From the NCBI GenBank assembly GCA_963674825.1, contig OY771587.1:768001-832000 (forward strand): DNA of 64,000 bases, in the 5' to 3' direction. This DNA is from Candidatus Cloacimonadales bacterium (GTDB lineage Bacteria > Cloacimonadota > Cloacimonadia > Cloacimonadales > JAIOQZ01). This document shows, in pieces, positions 17,607 through 25,437 of the stretch. A program made the position numbers and the translations under genes. Under the pieces are notes generated by a model, which was given only the letters and a program-made list of their open reading frames with translations, was not told where the DNA came from and made no database searches. How positions within the stretch are numbered: the stretch's first letter is position 1; every line of letters begins with the position of its first letter.

Positions 17607-18568
17607 TATACCTGGCCGAGAGTTTTGATACGTTCCTTACGGGATACAAGGCTGACGATGCGAACGGCGTAATTTTCATCCGCGACCATCACCTCTCCGA
17701 TGGCGAATTTCTTTCCGTTCACAATCAGGTCAACGTAGTCACCAGCGGTTTTGTCCAGCTCGATAACCGAGCCCTGGCCAATCTCCAGTATCTCCTTTAT
17801 TTTCATCTCTTTTCGGCCAAGCTGAACCGTGATCGGCAGCACGATATCGTACAGAATATCAATGTTCACATTGCCCATTGGGCGATCTTCACGATCGTCA
17901 ACCTCGGCGAACTGCGCTCTGGATACGGCAGTAGGAGGCGCTTCGGGGCGTTCGGGCATTGCATTATATGATGATGCTCTCGATCCACCACCAGCTGATT
18001 TACTCGGAGCTGGAGCGCTTACAGCTGCTTCCTTGAAAAGGTTATCGATCGAAGTCTGCGCGAAATCGTCAAGAAATAGATCGAGGAAGAATTCCTTGTC
18101 GAGGATATCCATATGCATGCGCGACATGAGGTTGTCCTCGAGAAAGTCTTTCTGGATTTCCATATCGGTCAGCTCAACTTGCGTGACGGAGCCAGACAGC
18201 GATACATCCATACCGGATAGCTCGGAAGCAAGGCTTCCCAGCACCTGATTGAACATCTCCTGGATCGCGTCGTTGTGCTCTTCGGGGAAGTAGTCTACTT
18301 CTCCGTCACCCAGCATCATCAGGTCCGAAAGGATCGCTACAAGCTTTTTATCGAGCAGGAGCGATATCTGGAAATTCTGATCGCCGGAGAAATTTATGGT
18401 TAGCAACACACCGGGCAGTTCAAATTCCGATTCCACCTTCGCGAAATCGAATGCATCCGTTGTCAGCGGACTGATTTCCAGCGAATTGTTGGTGATGGTG
18501 GTAAGGACAGCTGCGGCGTTGGAGCTGAACAGGTTGATCAGTTGATTTACTTTTGTGGTATCACTCAT
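17606..18568 (-). CDS. fliY: Flagellar switch protein, FliY/FliN type (CheC-like N-terminus plus SpoA domain)
   Basis: C-terminal ILYDIVLPITVQLGR...GSVIELDK.AG..VDL.VNGK.FA.GEV; N-terminal CheC-like region with EMFNQ. Confidence 0.8.
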   Translation of the reverse strand: MSDTTKVNQLINLFSSNAAAVLTTITNNSLEISPLTTDAFDFAKVESEFELPGVLLTINFSGDQNFQISLLLDKKLVAILSDLMMLGDGEVDYFPEEHNDAIQEMFNQVLGSLASELSGMDVSLSGSVTQVELTDMEIQKDFLEDNLMSRMHMDILDKEFFLDLFLDDFAQTSIDNLFKEAAVSAPAPSKSAGGGSRASSYNAMPERPEAPPTAVSRAQFAEVDDREDRPMGNVNIDILYDIVLPITVQLGRKEMKIKEILEIGQGSVIELDKTAGDYVDLIVNGKKFAIGEVMVADENYAVRIVSLVSRKERIKTLGQV

Positions 18569-19562
18569 GGATTACCTCTCCTTCTGAATCGATAAAGTTC
18601 CTGACCTGGAAAACATATCTGTTTCTACGTGTCTTGATTTCACCTGAAAACTTTGGATGCTGCGAGACTTTCGCAACGATCGGCGTCGTGATACGCTGAT
18701 CCAGCGAGATGATATTTCCCGGTTCCAGGTCCAGGAAATCCTCGACTGTAATTTCGGTCGAACCAAGATCGATATCCATTATCACATTGGTCTGTTCAAT
18801 GGTTCGTTTGAGCGATTCGTAGTCTTCTTCCGTCGTCTTCTTCTTCAGGAGCGCCATGTAGTTCTGGCTGAGCAGCTTCTTCAATAGCGGTTCCATCATG
18901 AAGTACGGGAAACAAAGCAATATGGTGAATTCGAAGTTTCTGACCGTCACCGGGAAATTGAGGACGATCATGGTTTCGCTCGAGGGCGCGATCGTCACAA
19001 GCTGTGGGTTGGTTTCGAATGTATCGATCTTCGGTTGCAGTTCATCAATCTGCTGCCAGGCTTCGCGGAAGTTATCCAGTATCTTTTCGGCAATATTGCG
19101 CATAACGCTGCGCTCGATTTCGGTGAGATCCTGGATGTCGGTACGTCTCGCGATTTGCATACCTGTTCCGCCAAAGAGGCGATCGATGATAAAGAAGGTC
19201 AGCTCCGGATCGATGTCCAGCAGAGCCTGTCCATCGAGCTTGTCGATGCTGAAGATGTACATGTTCGTGTAATCAGACGCGGACATGGTAAATTCGAGAT
19301 AGGTAACCTGGTCGATCACGGGGCTTTTAACATCAACCATGGTTCGAAGGGTGCTGGAGAGATACGGAGCAAGCAACCTGGCGAATATCTCGTGGATATT
19401 GCGCAGCGTCTTTATCTGGTCTTTCGATACGCGTTCCGGCCTTCGGAAGTCATAAAGACGCAGGTCTTTCTGCTTGTCCGGTTGACCAGCAACGCTCTTG
19501 TCCTCGCCAGTTTCCTGGGACAACAATGCATCGATTTCTTCTTGGGTGAGTAGCTTGCTCAT
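18561..19562 (-). CDS. fliM: Flagellar motor switch protein FliM
   Basis: LLTQEEIDALL (CheY-binding motif), YDFRRP, IIDRLFGG.G, ETNPQ. Confidence 0.96.
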   Translation of the reverse strand: MSKLLTQEEIDALLSQETGEDKSVAGQPDKQKDLRLYDFRRPERVSKDQIKTLRNIHEIFARLLAPYLSSTLRTMVDVKSPVIDQVTYLEFTMSASDYTNMYIFSIDKLDGQALLDIDPELTFFIIDRLFGGTGMQIARRTDIQDLTEIERSVMRNIAEKILDNFREAWQQIDELQPKIDTFETNPQLVTIAPSSETMIVLNFPVTVRNFEFTILLCFPYFMMEPLLKKLLSQNYMALLKKKTTEEDYESLKRTIEQTNVIMDIDLGSTEITVEDFLDLEPGNIISLDQRITTPIVAKVSQHPKFSGEIKTRRNRYVFQVRNFIDSEGEVIHE

Positions 19563-19571
19563 AATTTTCTC

Positions 19572-20063
19572 TTATGGGATGATGAACTGCGGGAAGAACA
19601 CGCGATTGATCTGCATCTCGGTGTCCTTGAGGAGTCCATTCATCAATTGCTTGATCTGTTCCTTCAGTTGATCTCTATAGTCCGGTCGGCTGAGATCGTT
19701 GATACTTGTGGAAGAGAGCAGCATGTTGATCGAGTCTAAAATCTCCGGTTGGCGGTTATCGATTTCAGCTGGAAGCGCTTCAAAAGACATATCGTATTCG
19801 AAGGTTATACTAAGCTGCAAAATCCTGCCATTTCCATCACTCGGATTGACCACAATGTTGGCAAAATCCGGATCCTGCAAGATGACATATTGCACTTCTT
19901 TTTCCTTCTTCGCTTTCTTCTTCGACTGCTCTTCGTCGTCATCACCGCCGCTATTATTGATCTTCGGCAGCACGAACAGCCACACCAGCAGGAACGACAG
20001 CACCAGCTGAAAGAAAACGATCCCTATAATTACGATAAGGTTGACCTTCCCTCTTTCATTCAT
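19572..20063 (-). CDS. fliL: Flagellar basal body-associated protein FliL
   Basis: N-terminal TM, IVVN, LKEQIK..MN..L, VFFPQFII; located between motB and fliM. Confidence 0.88.
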   Translation of the reverse strand: MNERGKVNLIVIIGIVFFQLVLSFLLVWLFVLPKINNSGGDDDEEQSKKKAKKEKEVQYVILQDPDFANIVVNPSDGNGRILQLSITFEYDMSFEALPAEIDNRQPEILDSINMLLSSTSINDLSRPDYRDQLKEQIKQLMNGLLKDTEMQINRVFFPQFIIP

Positions 20064-20091
20064 CAGAGTTCTCCATCTATGTCTCTATTTT

Positions 20092-20835
20092 TTATTCCAG
20101 TGAATCGAAATCGAGTAACTTGCCAGATACTTCATCGCGGAGATTCACGTAAATCTCGACACGTCGGTTCTGGCTTCTTCCTTCAGGCGTGTCGTTGGAA
20201 GCTATAGGACGAAATTCACCGAATCCGATCGCCTGGAATCTCTCCGGGGCGATACCTTGATCGATGAATTGCCGCACAATCGCCAGCGCTCTCGCAGACG
20301 AAAGCTCCCAGTTCGATGGGAAGCGAGCCGTGTGAATCGGAATATTGTCCGTGTGGCCTTCCACGCGGATCTCGAAGGGCACCATCGACAGCACTTTCGC
20401 GATCTGAGCCATCAGCTCGTTCGCTCCGGTTTTTACAAGGTCGGATCCCGATTCGAACAGCATTGGATTGGCAATGCTGAAGTGGATACGATCTTTGGAG
20501 CGTTCGTACTTCACATCTTCATGTGTTCCAGTTCGCTCGGTGATCTCCTCCAACTGCTGCAGAATCTTTTCCATCTCGTAGTCGAAATCGTGACGTTTTA
20601 TCTCATAATACGGCATCTGAGGCTTGAAGATGAGCCGGCCGCCATCTGCGGTCAGTACACCGAGCGCACCCTGTAGCGAGTTCATCGCCTGCTTGAACTT
20701 GCTCTCCTGAATACTGGAGAACGAGATCAGAAGCACGAAGAACGTCACAAGGAGCGTCATCATATCGCCGTATGTCGTCATGTAGGCGGGTGCGCCTACC
20801 GGAGGACAATCGGGACATTTCTGCTTCTTTGCCAT
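20092..20835 (-). CDS. motB: Flagellar stator B subunit (PomB/MotS-like)
   Basis: TYGDMMTLLVTFFVLLISFS TM with the conserved Asp; OmpA-like VEGHTD, SNWELSSARA, NRRVEI. Confidence 0.95.
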   Translation of the reverse strand: MAKKQKCPDCPPVGAPAYMTTYGDMMTLLVTFFVLLISFSSIQESKFKQAMNSLQGALGVLTADGGRLIFKPQMPYYEIKRHDFDYEMEKILQQLEEITERTGTHEDVKYERSKDRIHFSIANPMLFESGSDLVKTGANELMAQIAKVLSMVPFEIRVEGHTDNIPIHTARFPSNWELSSARALAIVRQFIDQGIAPERFQAIGFGEFRPIASNDTPEGRSQNRRVEIYVNLRDEVSGKLLDFDSLE

Positions 20836-20859
20836 GATGCCGCCTTTCAGCCGGACGCG

Positions 20860-21624
20860 CTATTGCTGCGAGCCTTTACGCATGTTCGGGCTGATGAAGG
20901 TTTCGAGTTTATCGCGAAGAACGCGAGGGTTATCTCCCGACTGGATCGAGAGAATGCCTACCAGGATCAGATTTTTCATAAGGGCTTCTTCTTTGGACCG
21001 AATCTCCAGCTTCGCAGCCATTGGCAATGCAATCGCGTTTGCGACCAACGATCCGTAGAACGTCGTGATAAGCGCGATAGCCATACCGGCACCGATATTG
21101 GATGGATCGTCCAGGGCTTGAAGCATCTGGATCAAGCCGACCAGCGTTCCGATCATACCGAAAGCCGGTGCGTAGAATCCGAGTTGATCGAATATGGCCT
21201 TGCCGCTTTTATGCCGCTCGGTCATGTATTCGATTTCGGTTCCCATCACGTTCTCAATGACTTCCACTTCGTTGCCATCCACCGCAAGCTGAATCGATTT
21301 CTGCATGAACTCGTCGTCGATTCCTTTCAGCTCTCTTTCCAGTGCCAGGATTCCCTCACGACGCGCTTTTTCTCCCAGATCGATCAGAATATCGATCTTG
21401 GAGACAACGTCGAGCTTGGGTGCAAAGAAACAGTTTCTAACAACTTTGCCGATCCCAAGGAAATCTTTCAGGGGGAAAGAAGCCATTGTTGCAGCGATCG
21501 CACCGCCGATAACAATCAGCACCGATCCGATATCGATGAATGCCGCAATCTGCCCCGATAAAATGATCGGAACAAACACGAGCAGCATTGCGAGAGCAAG
21601 ACCCGCCAGGGTTGCGATATCCAT
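20860..21624 (-). CDS. motA: Flagellar stator A subunit (PomA/MotP-like)
   Basis: ARREGILALE, APAFGMIGTLVGLI, ALITTFYG, IQSGDNPR; 254 aa. Confidence 0.95.
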   Translation of the reverse strand: MDIATLAGLALAMLLVFVPIILSGQIAAFIDIGSVLIVIGGAIAATMASFPLKDFLGIGKVVRNCFFAPKLDVVSKIDILIDLGEKARREGILALERELKGIDDEFMQKSIQLAVDGNEVEVIENVMGTEIEYMTERHKSGKAIFDQLGFYAPAFGMIGTLVGLIQMLQALDDPSNIGAGMAIALITTFYGSLVANAIALPMAAKLEIRSKEEALMKNLILVGILSIQSGDNPRVLRDKLETFISPNMRKGSQQ

Positions 21625-21660
21625 ACGTAATCCTTATGTATAACGGTTGTTTCGGGACAG

Positions 21661-21867
21661 TTATTTCCGGGACAACTGCTCCCAGTTACGTAATGCTTTA
21701 CTCTTGTAATTCACGATCGCCTCGATCACCTCTTCCGCCGATTCCCTGACAATAAGCTTTTTACCGGTAGTCAGCGTGATAATGGTGTCCGGTGTCGTTT
21801 CGATGAATTCCATCAAGTCCGCATTGACGTAAAACTCTTTACCGTTGATCTTGGTAAGCTTGACCAT
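21661..21867 (-). CDS. flbD: Flagellar protein FlbD family
   Basis: MVKLTKINGKEFYVNADLMEFIETTPDTIITLTTGKK; typical position before motA. Confidence 0.9.
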   Translation of the reverse strand: MVKLTKINGKEFYVNADLMEFIETTPDTIITLTTGKKLIVRESAEEVIEAIVNYKSKALRNWEQLSRK

Positions 21868-21886
21868 TCAAACTCCTCGTTTCGAC

Positions 21887-21915
21887 AATTTACGGATTAA
21901 AGTGATTCCAGTCAA
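21887..21915 (-). promoter_or_regulatory. Putative sigma70 promoter of the flbD-mot-fli unit
   Basis: Minus strand TTGACT-17 nt-TAAATT just upstream of the GAGGAG RBS of flbD. Confidence 0.55.
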
Positions 21916-22150
21916 TATTTATGCGATTTTTCGGGCAAAATGCCTTTGAGCCTTTCGCGACACAATCGAAAAACCGTTGTTGCACTGGAATTTCGCTGAT
22001 AGCAACACTTTTCAATCGCATTTTCGTACTCTGTTGCATCTGCACGAAGAAACGTCCTGCAAGGTGCCGGCGAAATTATAGCCGATTCCGCACGCTCTGG
22101 GCATTTCAAAGAACTTCAGGCCCTCTCGAACCTCAAGCTTTCACTCTATG

Positions 22151-22184
22151 AAGAAAAGGCGCGGGGGCGCATTAAAGCCCCCGC
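22151..22184 (-). terminator. Terminator after flgE
   Basis: GCGGGGGC/GCCCCCGC stem followed on the minus strand by GCCTTTTCTT. Confidence 0.65.
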
Positions 22185-22194
22185 TATTTAGCTA

Positions 22195-24237
22195 TTATTG
22201 ACGCTTCATGTTCTGGATGATGGTTGTCAGGATCGTGTCAGCCGTCGAGATCGTTTTGGCATTTGCCTGGATCGCGCGCTGCGCAACGATCATGTTGGTG
22301 AATTCCTTGGTCAGATCGACGTTAGACGCTTCCAGATAACCAGCCTGAATCGAGCTGCTGGCGTTGTCACCACCCCAGTTGATGATCGGATTACCGGTCG
22401 ATGAGTTCTCGGAATAAAGGCTGTTACCTTCCTTCTTGAGACCACCCTGGTTGGTAAAGGTCGCGATCGCGATCTGAGCAAGAGCCTTGCTCTGATCGTT
22501 GGTATAGTAGCCGGTGATGACGCCGTTGTCATCGATGCTGATCGTGGCAAGCTGACCCAGTGTATAGCCGTCCTGTTCGATCGCGATGGTCGTGCTGGCG
22601 GAAGCAAACTGAGTGATTCCGTCAAACGCGCCGGATGTACCGGCGTTGAACTGAATGTTCACTTCCTGTGCGCCGGGAACGTTGAATGTAAGTGCGTCGC
22701 CAGAATCGTACAGGAATTCCTTGAGTGAGCCATCTTCGTTGAAAGAAACGGTTCCGGAGGTACCGGCAGTCGGGTTGATCTCGCCGTTATCGACTGTCAC
22801 ATCCCATGTCCAGAAGTTGCTGCCAGGAGAGTTGTCCTGCGTGAAGTTGACCACCAGATTGTGTTCTGCACCCTGGCTGTCATACACGGTGATCTCAGTA
22901 GAGTGGGTACCGTTTGCGCCATCGACTACTTCCGACATGGAGGGCATCGAAACGCTGGTTGCGTTGGTTCCATTCACAGCACTAAACGCGAGATCCAGTC
23001 CACCACCGGTAAGGCTGGTGATCGTTGAAGTCACGTCAGCACCTGTTTCATTGTTGGTAAATACGAGGTTTCCGTTTGACAGGGTGGCTGTTACGCCAGT
23101 CATATTTCCGTTTATGAAGTTAAGCAGATCGCCGACTGTTGTGCCGTCGGTTCCATATTCGAAGCTCAAGGAAATGGTTGTGCCGTCTGTATCGATAGCA
23201 TTGAAGGCAAGTGTCGTACCTGAACCCACGGTTGAGCCGTCGATACTCGCCAGATCGGTTGAAGAAGTGGCGTTGTCAGCACCGGTGTTGATGGTCCAGC
23301 CAGTGGTCGAGGTATGAACCTGCGCGGTGGCTTCAACGGTGTCGGGCGGAATCAGCGCGAAGGAGAAGTCGTTAGGACCGGCTTCATTCGCCGTGAAGCG
23401 GATGTAACCGTTGTCGTCGATAATTACGGTTGCGCCATCACTGGAACCGGAATTAAAGGCCGTGTTGATCGATGTGACCAAGTCCTGAAGCGATGTTCCG
23501 GTTGTGCCATATGTGAAATCGACAGTTATTGCGTTACCATCACGGTCGGTACCGGTAATCTGGATCACATCGCCGTTCTGGATACTCACACCGTCGATGT
23601 CGGCAAGGTTGATCGCGCTAAGATTTCCGGAGCCGTTGATCGCAACGCCATCGATTTCCAGCGCTACGTCGGCAAGCCACTGTTCCGTGGTTGCAGCGTC
23701 GCGGTTGAGGTTGCAGTAGAGATCGACATTTTCGGTCGCGTGGGCTGGGTCTTTTCTACCGAAAGGCAGAACGATGTTTTCGAGTGATGTCGAGGAATTG
23801 ATACTTCCATCCTCATCCGCCATACGGCCCTGGACGAAGTATGATCCGCCCTGAGCGATGATCATGCCGTTGCTGTCAACCTGGAATGCACCCGCACGGG
23901 TGTAGTAGCGTGAGCTACCGTCGCCTACAATGAAGAATCCGTCGCCATTGATGGCGAGGTCGGTGCTGATTCCGGTCGATTCAAGCGTACCGGCTGCGAA
24001 GTTGGTGTCGATACTCGAGATACGGGTACCAAGCCCGATCTGAACGGGGTTGACGCCACCGAAGTTTCCTGAAGAACCGCGTGCGTCGGAAAGGGTCTGA
24101 GAAAATGTATCCGCAAAGGTGATGCGGCCGGACTTGAATCCGGTAGTGTTCACGTTGGCAATATTGTTGGCGATTACGTCCATGTAAGCCTGCTGGCTTG
24201 TTACTCCGGAGACTCCGGAAAACAGGGATCTTAACAT
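22195..24237 (-). CDS. flgE: Flagellar hook protein FlgE (long form, 680 aa)
   Basis: MLRSLFSGVSG...MDVIANNIANVNTTGFK, DLAINGDGFF, YTRAGAF, LEASNVDL..EF.NMI.AQR..QAN. Confidence 0.95.
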   Translation of the reverse strand: MLRSLFSGVSGVTSQQAYMDVIANNIANVNTTGFKSGRITFADTFSQTLSDARGSSGNFGGVNPVQIGLGTRISSIDTNFAAGTLESTGISTDLAINGDGFFIVGDGSSRYYTRAGAFQVDSNGMIIAQGGSYFVQGRMADEDGSINSSTSLENIVLPFGRKDPAHATENVDLYCNLNRDAATTEQWLADVALEIDGVAINGSGNLSAINLADIDGVSIQNGDVIQITGTDRDGNAITVDFTYGTTGTSLQDLVTSINTAFNSGSSDGATVIIDDNGYIRFTANEAGPNDFSFALIPPDTVEATAQVHTSTTGWTINTGADNATSSTDLASIDGSTVGSGTTLAFNAIDTDGTTISLSFEYGTDGTTVGDLLNFINGNMTGVTATLSNGNLVFTNNETGADVTSTITSLTGGGLDLAFSAVNGTNATSVSMPSMSEVVDGANGTHSTEITVYDSQGAEHNLVVNFTQDNSPGSNFWTWDVTVDNGEINPTAGTSGTVSFNEDGSLKEFLYDSGDALTFNVPGAQEVNIQFNAGTSGAFDGITQFASASTTIAIEQDGYTLGQLATISIDDNGVITGYYTNDQSKALAQIAIATFTNQGGLKKEGNSLYSENSSTGNPIINWGGDNASSSIQAGYLEASNVDLTKEFTNMIVAQRAIQANAKTISTADTILTTIIQNMKRQ

Positions 24238-24322
24238 AACACTCTCCTTGTGTTTTGCATTCGTTCAGCGCGTCGGTCGTTCGGCGCTGACACAAGGGCT
24301 TCCTCTATGAGGTCCAGCCCGG
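24238..24322 (-). promoter_or_regulatory. Structured cis-regulatory RNA candidate in the flgE leader
   Basis: Two hairpins plus a 7-bp stem (CCTTGTG/CACAAGG) that pairs with part of the SD AAGGAG; see findings. Confidence 0.55.
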
Positions 24323-24709
24323 TTACAACAGCATTGCGCTGTCTATGTTGGTAAATACGTTCGAACTTGCATCGTCCACTGCGGTGATGACGGTCCTGTT
24401 AGGGACGCTGACCACGTATGAGACGTTGTCCATGACGATCAGTGATTCTTTTCCACCCTTCTGGGCGATCGTGTCCAACGCGCCTTCGAGACGCGCGATG
24501 TCTTCAGGTTCCAGATTGATGTTCCTCTCCTGAAGCCGTGTTTGTGCGTGAGCCGAGAATTGGAGGTTCTGCGATCTCAGCTTGTCCTGGAGTATTTGTT
24601 CGAAGTGCGATTGACGGCGTTTTTGTTCGAGCGTTTGATTCTGCCGTACGCTATCGGACTGTACTCCCTGAATGCGGGGATCAATCTGCTGTGTTACTCG
24701 CTGCAACAT
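24323..24709 (-). CDS. Flagellar operon protein, TIGR02530-like
   Basis: LQFSAHAQTRLQERNI, KGGKESLI, VVSVPNRTVITA, NVFTNIDSA; located between flgD and flgE; ATG 24709 has an AAGGAG RBS. Confidence 0.85.
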   Translation of the reverse strand: MLQRVTQQIDPRIQGVQSDSVRQNQTLEQKRRQSHFEQILQDKLRSQNLQFSAHAQTRLQERNINLEPEDIARLEGALDTIAQKGGKESLIVMDNVSYVVSVPNRTVITAVDDASSNVFTNIDSAMLL

Positions 24710-24719
24710 GATCCACTCC

Positions 24720-25427
24720 TTAGTGGTTAGAAGCGACCTCGGTCGGATCGACGATTGTGCCATCATCCATCGAATCGAGTATCGAGATAACGTCTCCCAG
24801 GTTGACTTCCTGACCGTTTATCAGGAAATAGGGCGATCCACCGATGTAGGTGACTCCCTGAATCATTCCGACGGTATAGGTGTAAGCGGTTACTGCGTCG
24901 CCATCCGAATTGAGCGCATCCACCTTGAAGGTGTAATGTCCGGAATCGACTGTCTGTCCGCTGTCATCCCTTCCGTCCCAGGTAAATGAATGTTCTCCTG
25001 CCTGCTGATAACCGGCATCGATCGTGCGAACAAGGTCTCCCGATTCGTCATAGACGTTGATGGTTACATTGGCTGCACCATAGGTCTCGTACGATAAATC
25101 GGTATTCTCACCGCTGTAGGTTACGCCATTACCATAGGCTTTAGCGCCCTTTCCGATCAGCGAAGTCATGAAAGAGTTGTTCAACGATTGATCCAGAAGC
25201 AGGCTGTTTTCCAGCGTCTCCTGGATGTTGTTCAATGTTTCGAGCGAGCTGTACTGGGCAAGCTGCGCGGCCATGGCCGTGTTGTCCATCGGTTCGAGCG
25301 GGTCCTGATATTGCAACTGGGTGACCAGCAGTTCCAGGAAGTCGTCTTTGTCCATTGAACCATTCGATACTGTTGTGTTCGTGTAGCTATCTGCCACTGA
25401 ACCCGATATTCCGACGATATCACTCAT
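24720..25427 (-). CDS. flgD: Flagellar hook capping protein FlgD
   Basis: DDFLELLVTQLQYQDPLEPMD...QLAQYSSLE, followed by an Ig-like domain. Confidence 0.95.
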   Translation of the reverse strand: MSDIVGISGSVADSYTNTTVSNGSMDKDDFLELLVTQLQYQDPLEPMDNTAMAAQLAQYSSLETLNNIQETLENSLLLDQSLNNSFMTSLIGKGAKAYGNGVTYSGENTDLSYETYGAANVTINVYDESGDLVRTIDAGYQQAGEHSFTWDGRDDSGQTVDSGHYTFKVDALNSDGDAVTAYTYTVGMIQGVTYIGGSPYFLINGQEVNLGDVISILDSMDDGTIVDPTEVASNH

Positions 25428-25437
25428 AGTTTCCTCC

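Noticed and set aside
21925..21950. sigma28 promoter before flbD (TCAAAG...CCCGAAAA on the minus strand)
   Set aside because: The spacing is far shorter than the TAAA-N15-GCCGATAA consensus, and a sigma70-type match fits better.
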